56,739 nt of DNA from an uncultured Bacteroidales bacterium (GTDB lineage: Bacteria > Bacteroidota > Bacteroidia > Bacteroidales > UBA12077): contig CAYNPZ010000001.1 of assembly GCA_964399175.1 (NCBI GenBank), positions 1-56,739 on the forward strand, written 5' to 3'. The notes beneath the pieces were generated by a model that searched no databases, was not told the origin of the DNA, and saw nothing but the letters and a program-made list of their open reading frames with translations. Positions 7,593 to 17,453 of the stretch are shown here, one piece after another. A program made the position numbers and the translations under genes. Position 1 is the first letter of the stretch; each line of letters begins with the position of its first letter.

Positions 7593-8717
7593 ATGTTATT
7601 TAAGGAGATTATCGGACAGGAGCGGATCAAACACCAGCTCATTAAAACAGTAAAGGACAGCCGTATAGCCCATGCACAGCTTTTTATAGGTCCGGAAGGC
7701 TCGGGAAAGCTGGCCCTGGCCATTGCCTACGCCCAATATATCAATTGTGAGAACAAGGGGGAGGAAGATGCCTGTGGTACATGCCCTTCATGCAGGAAAT
7801 ATAAAAAACTGGTACATCCGGATCTTCACTTTATGTTCCCGGTAAAGAGGGCTTCCGAAAGCGATCCGGATAATGCCCACAGTTATCTTGAGAAATGGCG
7901 GAATACCCTGCTGGAAAATCCATACATTAACCCAAGGAGCTGGTACCAGATGCTGGACCTGGAGAATAAGCAGGGGATCATCCCGGCCCACGAAAGCAAC
8001 CGGGTGATCAGTCAGCTGTACTATAAAAGCTTCGAGGCAGAATACAAAATGATGATCATCTGGCTTCCTGAACGCATGAACCAGAGTGCGGCCAACAAGC
8101 TGCTGAAGCTGATCGAGGAGCCACCACCAAAGACTGTATTTCTGATGGTTTCGGAGAATCCTGATCTGCTGCTTCCGACAATCCTGTCCCGAACCCAAAA
8201 GATTCGGGTACCCAGGATTGATGATGAAAGCATGTTCAGTGCCATCAGTGATCATTTCGGGCTGGAACCCAAAAAAGCTCAGGAAGTGGTGCGCCTGGCC
8301 AATGGCAACTATCTCGAAGCACTGCATTTTATCCACACCCAGGAGGAAGAAAAGGAAAATTTTCAGCGTTTCGTTTCCCTGATGCGATTGTGTTACGGCA
8401 GAAAAGTAGTGGATTTGCTGGACTGGGTGGACCAGAACGCCTCATTGGGCAGAGAAAATCTCAAGATTTTTTTCCAGTATGCCTCAAGAATGATCCGGGA
8501 AAATTTTATGCTGAATCTTAATATGGAAAATATCGTATATCTTACAGAAGAAGAAAAAACGTTTTCAGATAATTTTTCATCGTTCATTCATGAAAAAAAC
8601 GCAGACAGAATTTATGATCAATTTAACAAAGCATACCGGGATATTCAGATGAATGCACATATAAAAACCATATTGCTTGACCTTTCTATTCAGCTTATGA
8701 AATTGCTAAGATTATAA
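7593..8717 (+). CDS. holB: DNA polymerase III delta' subunit
   Basis: 374 aa. GPEGSGK P-loop, CGTCPSCRK zinc module, ILSRTQ sensor motif. Confidence 0.85.
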   Translation: MLFKEIIGQERIKHQLIKTVKDSRIAHAQLFIGPEGSGKLALAIAYAQYINCENKGEEDACGTCPSCRKYKKLVHPDLHFMFPVKRASESDPDNAHSYLEKWRNTLLENPYINPRSWYQMLDLENKQGIIPAHESNRVISQLYYKSFEAEYKMMIIWLPERMNQSAANKLLKLIEEPPPKTVFLMVSENPDLLLPTILSRTQKIRVPRIDDESMFSAISDHFGLEPKKAQEVVRLANGNYLEALHFIHTQEEEKENFQRFVSLMRLCYGRKVVDLLDWVDQNASLGRENLKIFFQYASRMIRENFMLNLNMENIVYLTEEEKTFSDNFSSFIHEKNADRIYDQFNKAYRDIQMNAHIKTILLDLSIQLMKLLRL

Positions 8718-8724
8718 TTTTCAT

Positions 8725-8732
8725 TACCTTTG
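8725..8732 (+). promoter_or_regulatory. -7 promoter box (TAnnTTTG) upstream of the PSP1 gene
   Basis: TACCTTTG lies in the holB/PSP1 gap. Confidence 0.35.
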
Positions 8733-8815
8733 TACATGATATAAGATCTTTTAATATCAAAGAACCATGTTAACTCAATATACATTCATGCATTTGCATT
8801 TAAATTACGCTACTT

Positions 8816-10009
8816 ATGGACCAACATACAGACAAAAATATAAACCAGGAACAATCTATTGATCAAGAAAAAGATAAGTCTAACAATAATCATGAAAGAA
8901 GCCACAGGGAATTTTGCAGAGCAGAGCACTACACCAAACTGCCTACTTTTAACTGGCTGAAGGATCTTCCTCAAACAACGAATCAGAGTGATATTGTTGA
9001 AGTACGGTTTAAGAATACCAGAAAAGAGTTCTTTCATAATATCAATCACATTCGTCTGAATGAGGGAGATATTGTTGCAGTAGAGGCTTCTCCGGGACAT
9101 GACATTGGCATCGTTTCATTAACAGGAGACCTGGTTTCGAAGAAACTAAAACAAAACGACATTTCTCCCGAGAACATAGAATTCAAGAAGATTTACAGAA
9201 AGGCCAAAGAAACCGATATTGAAAAATGGCGTGAAGCGGCGGCCGTGGAACACAAAACCATGATCAAGGCCCGTAAGCTTGCTAAAGAACTGAACCTGGA
9301 CATGAAAATTGGTGATGTGGAATATCAGGGGGACAAGACCAAAGCCATTTTTTACTACATTGCCGAGGAACGCGTGGATTTCAGGGAGCTGATCAAGGTA
9401 TTGGCCGAAGAATTCAAGATCAGGATTGAAATGAGGCAGATCGGTACCCGGCAGGAATCCGGCAGAATAGGAGGTATTGGATCCTGTGGAAGGGAATTGT
9501 GCTGCTCCAAGTGGATTTGCAACTTTGTTTCGGTGACCACCAACTCAGCAAGATATCAGGAGCTTTCACTCAATCCACAGAAACTTGCGGGCCAGTGCGG
9601 TAAACTTAAATGCTGCCTTAACTTTGAGCTGGATTGTTATATGGATGCCAAGAAAGAATTTCCCGACACTTCTGAAGAGCTACATACCAAGCAGGGAACG
9701 GCTTACCACCAAAAAACCGATATTTTCAGGAAAATCCTCTGGTATTCCTTCAGTAAGGAATGCTCTGAAAATCTGATTCCCGTAAGTGTGGACCGGGTCA
9801 AAGAAATCATTGAGATCAACAGGAACGGCGAAAGTGTGGAATCATTGGTAGAGGTGAAAGATAACATTAGGCAAGACTTTGGCTTTGAAAATGATGTGGG
9901 CCAGGAAAGTGCCGATCGCTTCAACAAAAAATCCAGAAACAATAAAAAGAGGAAAAACAAGCGGAGCAAGAAAAAAAGAAAAAACAAAAGCAATGAGAAA
10001 AACCGGTAG
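8816..10009 (+). CDS. PSP1 domain protein (YaaT/RicT-like) with a highly basic C-terminal tail
   Basis: 397 aa. Cys-rich motifs GSCGRELCCSKW and CGKLKCCLNFE. Sits next to holB, as in Firmicutes. The tail reads KKSRNNKKRKNKRSKKKRKNKSNEKNR. Confidence 0.85.
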   Translation: MDQHTDKNINQEQSIDQEKDKSNNNHERSHREFCRAEHYTKLPTFNWLKDLPQTTNQSDIVEVRFKNTRKEFFHNINHIRLNEGDIVAVEASPGHDIGIVSLTGDLVSKKLKQNDISPENIEFKKIYRKAKETDIEKWREAAAVEHKTMIKARKLAKELNLDMKIGDVEYQGDKTKAIFYYIAEERVDFRELIKVLAEEFKIRIEMRQIGTRQESGRIGGIGSCGRELCCSKWICNFVSVTTNSARYQELSLNPQKLAGQCGKLKCCLNFELDCYMDAKKEFPDTSEELHTKQGTAYHQKTDIFRKILWYSFSKECSENLIPVSVDRVKEIIEINRNGESVESLVEVKDNIRQDFGFENDVGQESADRFNKKSRNNKKRKNKRSKKKRKNKSNEKNR

Positions 10010-10487
10010 GATTTTTCTGTGGCTGGCTTTGTTTCTATTGGTACTCTACAGCTGCAATTCAAATGTGGTTCGCAGAGAAACAAAAGACATTCCTGACTCC
10101 GAGTGGAACAAAGACAACATATTAAGCTACAATTTTACCATAAAGGATACCCTTCAGCCTTACAATGTATTCCTGAATGTCCGCAATAACTCCAAATATC
10201 AGTTCAGAAACCTGTATCTCTTTATTGAAACCACTTCACCCAGGGGAAATACGGTAAGAGATACTTTTGAATGCATCCTTGCCGATGAGAAAGGCAGATG
10301 GTACGGAAAAGGATGGGGTGACATCTATGAAAACAAGGTCTCTTACAAGCGCTACATAAGATTTCCCGTAAAAGGCACCTACGGCATTGAAATACAACAG
10401 GCCATGAGGAGGGATAATTTAAAGCACATCACCGACATTGGCATTGTAATTGAAGAGGCAAAACTCCCGAAAAGTGACAAAAAATAA
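9993..10487 (+). CDS. gldH: gliding motility lipoprotein GldH
   Basis: The internal ATG gives MRKTGRIFLWLALFLLVLYSCNSN, a lipobox signal peptide. GldH-like pattern: EWNKD..YNVFLNVRNNSKYQFRNLYLF..QQAMRRDNLKHITDIGIVIEE. Confidence 0.78.
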   Translation: MRKTGRIFLWLALFLLVLYSCNSNVVRRETKDIPDSEWNKDNILSYNFTIKDTLQPYNVFLNVRNNSKYQFRNLYLFIETTSPRGNTVRDTFECILADEKGRWYGKGWGDIYENKVSYKRYIRFPVKGTYGIEIQQAMRRDNLKHITDIGIVIEEAKLPKSDKK

Positions 10488-11175
10488 GCTGGAACGCTTT
10501 GCAGAGATGAAAACCTTCCCGAATGTAATTGAACCTGAATTTCGGGAGGTTTTTAACAAGGATTACCGGTTAAAGGGAAAATGGAACGCGGCCTTTTTTA
10601 AAAATGAGCATCCCATTGTTCTGGAGTTGGGATGCGGCAAGGGTGAGTACACCGTCAACCTGGCACGCAGGTATCCCGATCACAATTTTATCGGGGTGGA
10701 CATCAAAGGAGCACGCATGTGGAGGGGAGCCAAGACTGCTGTGGAGGAAGGCACTCCCAATGCAGCCTTCCTGAGAACCAGGATTGATTTCATTACTTCT
10801 TTTTTTGCAGAAGATGAGATCAAAGCCATTTGGCTGACCTTCCCCGACCCGCAGCCGAAAAAGGCCAGGAAAAGGCTGATCTCCACAAAATTTCTTACCT
10901 ATTATCAGCATTTCATTCAGGATCGGGCCGCCATCCATCTAAAGACAGATAATCCCAATCTTTATCGATATGCCCTGGACATCATCCGCGAAAACGAACT
11001 GGAGATGCTCCATGCTGAAAATGACGTCCACAATTTGGATGATCACCAGTTGGAAGAGATCCGCAAAATCCGAACCTTTTATGAGAAACAATTCCTTGAG
11101 GAGAATAAGAAGATCAAATATATAGCCTTCAGGTTGAAAAAGCATCAAAAACTCCAGGAGCCACCCGATGACTGA
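10450..11175 (+). CDS. trmB: tRNA (guanine-N7)-methyltransferase
   Basis: ELGCGKGEY SAM-binding motif; FPDPQPKKARKRL. The start is uncertain: TTG at 10450 or GTG at 10474. Confidence 0.9.
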   Translation: MKRQNSRKVTKNKLERFAEMKTFPNVIEPEFREVFNKDYRLKGKWNAAFFKNEHPIVLELGCGKGEYTVNLARRYPDHNFIGVDIKGARMWRGAKTAVEEGTPNAAFLRTRIDFITSFFAEDEIKAIWLTFPDPQPKKARKRLISTKFLTYYQHFIQDRAAIHLKTDNPNLYRYALDIIRENELEMLHAENDVHNLDDHQLEEIRKIRTFYEKQFLEENKKIKYIAFRLKKHQKLQEPPDD

Positions 11176-11506
11176 AGAATCCTTTTTTCAGAAAGTCTAC
11201 GAGGTGACAAAAATGATTCCTGAAGGCAGAGTCACCACTTACGGAGCCATTGCACGGTATCTCGGAGCTCCCGGATCGGCCAGAATGGTCGGATGGGCAC
11301 TGAACAACTGCCATTCTCTGGATGATTTTATTCCGGCCCACAGAGTGGTAAACCGAAACGGCTTTCTTACCGGGAAACATCACTTTCATGGACCGGAAGT
11401 GATGCAGGAATTAATGGAAAGCGAAGGAATCCAGGTAAAGGATGATCAGGTTGTTGATTTTCAAAGACTATTCTGGGATCCGAACAGAAATGGATTGGTC
11501 CGATAA
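11168..11506 (+). CDS. alkyltransferase-like (ATL) protein, MGMT DNA-binding domain without the acceptor cysteine
   Basis: 112 aa. IPEGRVTTYGAIA and the motif IPAHRVV where MGMT has PCHRV. The Ala codon GCC is at 11336..11338. Confidence 0.8.
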   Translation: MTEESFFQKVYEVTKMIPEGRVTTYGAIARYLGAPGSARMVGWALNNCHSLDDFIPAHRVVNRNGFLTGKHHFHGPEVMQELMESEGIQVKDDQVVDFQRLFWDPNRNGLVR

Positions 11507-11532
11507 CATTATGGTTTTTATAATAATCTCTT

Positions 11533-11540
11533 TAAATTTG
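11533..11540 (+). promoter_or_regulatory. -7 promoter box (TAnnTTTG) upstream of mrp
   Basis: TAAATTTG lies 37 nt upstream of the ATG at 11577. Confidence 0.4.
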
Positions 11541-11576
11541 TTGTTTATTTAAATTAAATAAATATTATCGGATTCT

Positions 11577-12713
11577 ATGAGCCATTCAAAGAAACAAATC
11601 TTAGATATACTTAAGCAAGTTAAACATCCTGAAACACAAAAGGACATTGTTTCGCTCGGGATGGTTGACGAAGTTGAGATCAATGGTGAAAAAGTCAGCT
11701 TTACGCTTTTATTCAAAAAGCAGAACGACCCGTTCATCTCTTCCATAAAAAAGGCTAGTGTTCAGGCTATAGAAAATGAACTGGGAAATCAGGTTCAGAT
11801 TCGGGGCAACATAACGGTAAAAACACCCGAGAAGGAGAAAAAGCAGGAAAAAGGAAAAGAATCCAAGTCAAAAGAGGACGAAGCAGTTCTTCCCGGAGTC
11901 AAAAACATAATAGCCATAGCTTCAGGCAAGGGTGGTGTTGGAAAATCCACCATAGCCTGCAATGTTGCTGTCAGCATGGCCAAGACAGGTGCCAGCGTGG
12001 GTCTGATTGATGCCGACATCTTCGGGCCTTCCATACCGAAAATGTTCCATGTGGAAGGCCAACGACCTTATGTCAAGAAAGAGGAGGGAATTGACAAAAT
12101 CACCCCCATCGAGAGCTATGGGGTGAAGATGCTTTCCATAGGATTCTTCATTAACCCGGAGGATGCTCTGGTCTGGAGGGGACCCATGGCCACAAATGCT
12201 TTGAGGCAGATGATCAACCAGGGGGACTGGGTTGAGCTCGATTATCTGATCGTTGACCTGCCCCCGGGAACCAGCGATGTTCACTTAACCCTCGTCCAGG
12301 AATTGCCGGTAACCGGAGCCGTGATTGTCAGTACCCCCCAAAAGGTAGCCCTTGCTGATGCCATAAAAGGGATACGGATGTTTACCCAGGAACAGATTAA
12401 TGTGCCGGTGCTGGGTCTTGTTGAGAACATGGCATGGTTTACTCCTGCGGAATTGCCCGATAACAAATATTATATTTTTGGCAAAGAAGGATGTAAACAG
12501 CTGGCCGAACAGGAAGGAGTTCCGCTTCTGGGTCAGATACCAATAGTGCAGGGGATCATGGAAGACGGTGAGAAGGGTACTCCCACCGCACTGGATGAAA
12601 ATTCACAAACAGGTGCCGCATTCTATGAATTAGCTGAGAATTTGATCAAGGAAGTGGACAAGAGAAACAAAAACCTCGATCCAACCCGGAGGGTGCAGAT
12701 TAAACATAAATAA
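11577..12713 (+). CDS. mrp: Mrp/ApbC/NBP35-family Fe-S cluster carrier ATPase
   Basis: 378 aa. DUF59-like N-terminal domain, a Lys/Glu-rich linker, the SGKGGVGKST deviant Walker A motif, and DLPPGTSD. Confidence 0.92.
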   Translation: MSHSKKQILDILKQVKHPETQKDIVSLGMVDEVEINGEKVSFTLLFKKQNDPFISSIKKASVQAIENELGNQVQIRGNITVKTPEKEKKQEKGKESKSKEDEAVLPGVKNIIAIASGKGGVGKSTIACNVAVSMAKTGASVGLIDADIFGPSIPKMFHVEGQRPYVKKEEGIDKITPIESYGVKMLSIGFFINPEDALVWRGPMATNALRQMINQGDWVELDYLIVDLPPGTSDVHLTLVQELPVTGAVIVSTPQKVALADAIKGIRMFTQEQINVPVLGLVENMAWFTPAELPDNKYYIFGKEGCKQLAEQEGVPLLGQIPIVQGIMEDGEKGTPTALDENSQTGAAFYELAENLIKEVDKRNKNLDPTRRVQIKHK

Positions 12714-12728
12714 ACAAATCATAAAAGA

Positions 12729-12983
12729 ATGGAACAGGAAAAAAGAAAGGAAATTGAAAAGAAAATTTCTGAAACAATAGATAAGGTAAGGCCTTACCTT
12801 TTAGCAGACGGTGGTGATATTTCAATTGAAGAAATCACAGATGACCTAACTGTTAAGGTTCAGTTGAAAGGAGCCTGCGGCACTTGCCCTTTCAGCCTTT
12901 TTACCTTAAAGAACGGAGTTGAACAGGCGCTTAAAAAAGAGATTCCCGAAGTTAAAGAAGTCATTGCAGTGAACAACGAATAG
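12729..12983 (+). CDS. NifU-like (Nfu C-terminal domain) Fe-S assembly protein
   Basis: 84 aa. VRPYLLADGGDI and GACGTCP CxxC motifs. Confidence 0.85.
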   Translation: MEQEKRKEIEKKISETIDKVRPYLLADGGDISIEEITDDLTVKVQLKGACGTCPFSLFTLKNGVEQALKKEIPEVKEVIAVNNE

Positions 12984-13025
12984 GGATAGTTGCCATTTTA
13001 TCAGATTTAGGGAAATTTACCCTTT

Positions 13026-13033
13026 TATATTTG
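13026..13033 (+). promoter_or_regulatory. -7 promoter box (TAnnTTTG)
   Basis: TATATTTG lies about 75 nt upstream of the TPR lipoprotein gene. Confidence 0.35.
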
Positions 13034-13107
13034 TAATGGAATTTGTGTGTATTTAAACCCCGGAATGCATAATATCAGTTCCAATTTTCAGTTAGATTGG
13101 TTAAAGA

Positions 13108-15858
13108 TTGTTTACTGTGAGTAGAAGAATAAAAATACGTATCATTCCGCTGCTGATTGGTTTCTTTCCATTCCTCCTTTCTCAGTGCGGAACGGAAAGA
13201 AATACGTCTATTACCCGTTTTTATCACAACCTGACCTCATATTATAACATTCTTTTCAATGCCAAAGAAAGCTATGAGAAAGGTTTGGAGAGGTATAGAG
13301 ATAATTATCAGTACGATTTTACCCGAACACTTCCCTTATTCATCAATGGAAATAAGAAGCTTTCGGGGAATATCAAACCCCAGATGGAGCGCACGATAGA
13401 AAAATGTTCCAAGCTGATCCGCCTGCACTCCATCTCAACAAAACCCGAATCGCTTGAAGAAAAGAGAAACCTGAGCAAGGAGGAAAAGGAATACTACAAC
13501 AAATCAGAGTTCAATAAATACGTGGATGATGCCTATCTGCTTATGGGCAAAGCCTATTTCTGGGAGATGGAATATGGTACGGCCTCAAAATTATTGGATC
13601 ACGCAAGCAGGGAATTCAAAAACGAGCAGATTCACCATGAGTCGGAGATCTGGCTTGCCCGTAGCTACATTGAGCAGGAAAATTTCAGGGATGCTGAGAA
13701 GGTGCTGAAAAGCCTGGAAAGGGAGGAGAAACAATCTATGGATGAGGCGCTCAGAGCCAATTTCTTTGCCACTTATGCCGATTACCATATCCGCCAGGAT
13801 CAGCATGAGAAAGCCATCCCTTACCTGAAAAAGGCCATTGAGCATGCAGATGAAAAGAAGGAAAAGGCAAGGTATACTTTTATTCTTGCCCAGCTTTATG
13901 AAGAAACCGGTCAGCCTGACCGGTCTTTCCGGCAATATGCAGAAGTGATCGACATGAACCCCGATTACAAGATGGAATTTAATGCCAGGCTGAAACGGGC
14001 CACTTTGTATAAGATAACCAACCGGGAAGGAGATAAGGTTAAAAGGGAGTTGGAGAAGATGTTGCGGGATGACAAGAATGAAGCATATCTGGATCAGATT
14101 TATTATGCTTTGGGCAGTATAGCTGAAGAGGAGAACAATGTTTCACAAGCCGTGGAGTATTACAAAAAATCAATTGCCAACAATACAAATAACGAAAATC
14201 AGAAAGGACTTTCCTACTTGTCGATAGCGGACATATATTTCCAGAATAAAAAATACTCCAATGCTCAGGCATACTACGACAGCGCAGTGACCTCCCTTGA
14301 GTCAAGTTATCCCGGATATACCGACTTGTTTGTAAAAACACAGCACCTGACCAGGCTGGTCGACAATCTGAACACCATTGAACGTCAGGACAGCCTACAG
14401 CGGGTTGCTCAAATGAATTCCACAGAAAGGGACCGGCTCATTTCCCAGTTGATTGCAAAACGGAGGGAGGCAGAACAGCAGAGTAGAAATGCAGGGCAAA
14501 CACGGAGCAATTATCGGAACACTCCGCGGAACCAGAACGCTACCAGTAGTGGCAGCGGAAATGAATGGTATTTTTATAGTTCTACCGCCATAAAAAGAGG
14601 AAAAGCAGAATTCAAACGCCAGTGGGGTGACCGGGAGCTGAAAGACAACTGGCGCATCAGTAGTAGAGGCCAGGCAGATTTTGGAAACTTTGCAGAGAAT
14701 GAAAACCAACAGCAAGCCACCGGTCAAACCACACAACAGCAATACAGCAGGACCAATAAGCAATATTATATCCAGAATCTTCCTTTAACGGATTCCGCGA
14801 TGGAGGCTTCCCAAAGGAGAATCCAGGAAGCTTATTTTAATGTTGGTAAAATCTATATGAACGATTTGAATAATCCGACAAAGGCAATTGATGCCTTTCA
14901 AACACTCAATGAACGGTATCCTGAGAATCCTTTCAAGCTTTCCGCCTATTACAACATGTACAAGTTGTATAATAAGCAAGACAATACTACCCGGGCCAAT
15001 CAATACAAAAACAAAATCCTCAGCGAGTTTCCGGAAAGCAATCATGCCAAAGTCTTGAAAAATCCCGATTATTTCAGTGAACTGGAAACCCAGAAAAACG
15101 AGGCAGAAAAGCTTTATTCGGAAACCTTGGAGCTATACAGAAACGGGCAATATGGGCAGGTTATGGGCAATTGCCGTAATGCCAAAAAACAATTTGAAGA
15201 CTCCACTTATCTTGCGAGATTTGAATACCTTGAGGCGCTTACAATCGGACAAACCCAGGATATCATATCCTTCCGTAACCGCTTGCAGGCGTTAATTGAA
15301 AACTATCCCAATGCCGAACTATCCAGACAGGCCGACGGCATATTATCTTACCTGAAAAAAACGGAATTACAACAAATCAATAAGAAATTTGTACAAAACA
15401 AGCAGGCCACCGGTAACCAGCAAAAATCCACCTCAGAGACCGGCAGTCAGATTAAATCAACAGCAGAAGGGGAAGAGACGGTGGACAGCCTTTATACATA
15501 TAACAAAAAAGGGCCCTATTACTTTGTAATCATTGCAAATCCTGAACAAATAGACATTGAAAGGCTCAAGTTTGAGGTGATTAATTTTAACCTCGATTAT
15601 TTCCTTCAAAAGGATTATAATACAGCAAGCCAGGATTTCAATGAATTTTACGACATCATTACAGTGAAAAAATTTGAAGATTACAACACCGCAAAAAAAT
15701 ATTATGAGCTTCTGAGCAAAAGGGAGGATCGTGTTTTCTCCGAGATTGTCTCCAATGAGTACAGGTATTTTTTCATTTCAGTAAAAAATTACCTTACTTT
15801 ACTTGACAAGAAATCGATAATTGAATATATTAATTTCTTCAAGGATGAAGCCATTTAG
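13108..15858 (+). CDS. TPR-repeat lipoprotein, SprE/PorW-like T9SS component (tentative)
   Basis: 916 aa. Lipobox FLLSQCG, with GTG at 13117 as an alternative start. TSITRFYHNLTSYYNILFNAKE is an N-terminal motif I recall from SprE/PorW. Multiple TPR-like repeats and a Q/N-rich middle region. Adjacent to porX. Confidence 0.55.
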   Translation: MFTVSRRIKIRIIPLLIGFFPFLLSQCGTERNTSITRFYHNLTSYYNILFNAKESYEKGLERYRDNYQYDFTRTLPLFINGNKKLSGNIKPQMERTIEKCSKLIRLHSISTKPESLEEKRNLSKEEKEYYNKSEFNKYVDDAYLLMGKAYFWEMEYGTASKLLDHASREFKNEQIHHESEIWLARSYIEQENFRDAEKVLKSLEREEKQSMDEALRANFFATYADYHIRQDQHEKAIPYLKKAIEHADEKKEKARYTFILAQLYEETGQPDRSFRQYAEVIDMNPDYKMEFNARLKRATLYKITNREGDKVKRELEKMLRDDKNEAYLDQIYYALGSIAEEENNVSQAVEYYKKSIANNTNNENQKGLSYLSIADIYFQNKKYSNAQAYYDSAVTSLESSYPGYTDLFVKTQHLTRLVDNLNTIERQDSLQRVAQMNSTERDRLISQLIAKRREAEQQSRNAGQTRSNYRNTPRNQNATSSGSGNEWYFYSSTAIKRGKAEFKRQWGDRELKDNWRISSRGQADFGNFAENENQQQATGQTTQQQYSRTNKQYYIQNLPLTDSAMEASQRRIQEAYFNVGKIYMNDLNNPTKAIDAFQTLNERYPENPFKLSAYYNMYKLYNKQDNTTRANQYKNKILSEFPESNHAKVLKNPDYFSELETQKNEAEKLYSETLELYRNGQYGQVMGNCRNAKKQFEDSTYLARFEYLEALTIGQTQDIISFRNRLQALIENYPNAELSRQADGILSYLKKTELQQINKKFVQNKQATGNQQKSTSETGSQIKSTAEGEETVDSLYTYNKKGPYYFVIIANPEQIDIERLKFEVINFNLDYFLQKDYNTASQDFNEFYDIITVKKFEDYNTAKKYYELLSKREDRVFSEIVSNEYRYFFISVKNYLTLLDKKSIIEYINFFKDEAI

Positions 15859-15898
15859 ATATCAGTAAATTAAAAAAGCAGATAAGTCGGATATCGGG

Positions 15899-17452
15899 AT
15901 GAAAAGTATTGAGATACTGTGGATTGACGATGAAATTGATTTACTGAAGCCTCAGATCCTGTTTCTGGAGGAAAAGGGATATAAGGTATTCACTGTAAGC
16001 AATGCTGATGATGCCATTGAAGAGGTAAAGAACAAATCCTTTGACATCATTCTTTTGGATGAGCAAATGCCTGGTGTAACTGGATTGGAAGCACTCAGCA
16101 GAATTAAAGGTCATTCTCCTGCTACCCCGGTAATTATGGTAACCAAAAGTGAAGAAGAAGATATCATGGAGGAGGCTATAGGGGCCAAGATAGATGATTA
16201 CCTTATCAAACCTGTAAATCCCAGGCAAATCTTGCTAACCATAAAAAAACATGTAGAAACAAAAAAAATCATTACCGAAAAAACCATATCCAATTATCAA
16301 TCCAATTTTCAGGAGATTTCGCAATTGATCAATCAGGCGGAAACATACACTGACTGGATGGATATTTATGCAAAAATCATCTACTGGGAGTTAGAACTTG
16401 AAGGCCAGACTGAGAACGGCATGAGCGAAGTATTACAAATGCAGAAGAACGAGGCAAATAATGAATTTGCCAAATATGTCAGGGAAAATTACTTCAGCTG
16501 GTTTTCAGACAATGCCCGGAGCCCTACATTGTCTCCCAACATTATAAAAGACAAGGTGTTCCCGTTGATTGAACAGGGTGAAAAGGTGTGCCTGATCATT
16601 ATAGACAACCTCCGTTACGATCATTGGAAAAAACTGAGCCCGCTGCTGAGGGAATACTATTCGGTAGAAAATGAAGAAATGTATTTCAGTATTCTGCCTA
16701 CTGCCACACAGTATTCCAGGAACTCAATATTTGCAGGTTTAATGCCTTTGGAAATTTCCGAACTTTATCCCAAATTATGGCTTCACGATGAGGAAGCAGG
16801 CGGCAAAAATTTAAAGGAGAAAAGCCTCCTGAAAAACCATATTGAGCGGCAGGGACTGGACATCAGATTTTACTACGAAAAGCTCGGAGGATCCAAAAAA
16901 GGAACCCGATTGTTACAAAACTACTCCAACCTACTGAATTATCCATTATCAGTACTTATAGTAAGTTACATTGATATACTTTCCCACGCCCGAACGGAGA
17001 TTGAGGTAATTAAGGAGCTGGCCAGTGATGAAGCGGCATACCGCTCGCTAACGCTTTCCTGGTTCAGCCACTCTTCACTTTTTTCCCTGATTAAGGAACT
17101 GGCTGATAAGGATATCAACCTGATCATTACCACCGATCATGGCAACATCCAGGTGCAGAATCCCAGAAAGGTGATAGGTGATAAAAAAACCTCGGTTAAT
17201 CTGCGGTATAAGAACGGCAAAAATCTGTCCTACAATCCTTCCGAGGTAGTCGAGGTGAATGATCCTGAGTCCATTCATCTTCCCAAAACACATCTGTCAA
17301 CCAAATACATCTTCTGCCGGAATCAGGACTATTTTGTGTATCCCAACAATTATAATTACTATGTCAATTACTACAAAAATACTTTTCAGCATGGCGGAAT
17401 TTCCTTGGAAGAAATGCTGATACCTTTTGTCGTGTTAAAACCTAAGAAATAA
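15899..17452 (+). CDS. porX: T9SS response regulator PorX (receiver + PglZ domain)
   Basis: 517 aa. CheY-like receiver (ILWIDDE, ILLDEQMPG, LIKP) fused to a PglZ/alkaline-phosphatase-like domain (IIDNLRYDHW, TATQYSRNSIFAGL, TTDHGN). Confidence 0.8.
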   Translation: MKSIEILWIDDEIDLLKPQILFLEEKGYKVFTVSNADDAIEEVKNKSFDIILLDEQMPGVTGLEALSRIKGHSPATPVIMVTKSEEEDIMEEAIGAKIDDYLIKPVNPRQILLTIKKHVETKKIITEKTISNYQSNFQEISQLINQAETYTDWMDIYAKIIYWELELEGQTENGMSEVLQMQKNEANNEFAKYVRENYFSWFSDNARSPTLSPNIIKDKVFPLIEQGEKVCLIIIDNLRYDHWKKLSPLLREYYSVENEEMYFSILPTATQYSRNSIFAGLMPLEISELYPKLWLHDEEAGGKNLKEKSLLKNHIERQGLDIRFYYEKLGGSKKGTRLLQNYSNLLNYPLSVLIVSYIDILSHARTEIEVIKELASDEAAYRSLTLSWFSHSSLFSLIKELADKDINLIITTDHGNIQVQNPRKVIGDKKTSVNLRYKNGKNLSYNPSEVVEVNDPESIHLPKTHLSTKYIFCRNQDYFVYPNNYNYYVNYYKNTFQHGGISLEEMLIPFVVLKPKK

Positions 17453-17453
17453 C

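Noticed and set aside
9879-9992. Long N-terminal extension of gldH given in the ORF track
   Set aside because: The extension overlaps the PSP1 gene tail and is poly-basic. The internal ATG at 9993 yields a textbook lipoprotein signal peptide.
9703-10083. 126-aa minus-strand ORF rich in Phe/Leu
   Set aside because: It is the antisense translation of the A-rich poly-Lys tail of the PSP1 gene and is a low-complexity artefact.
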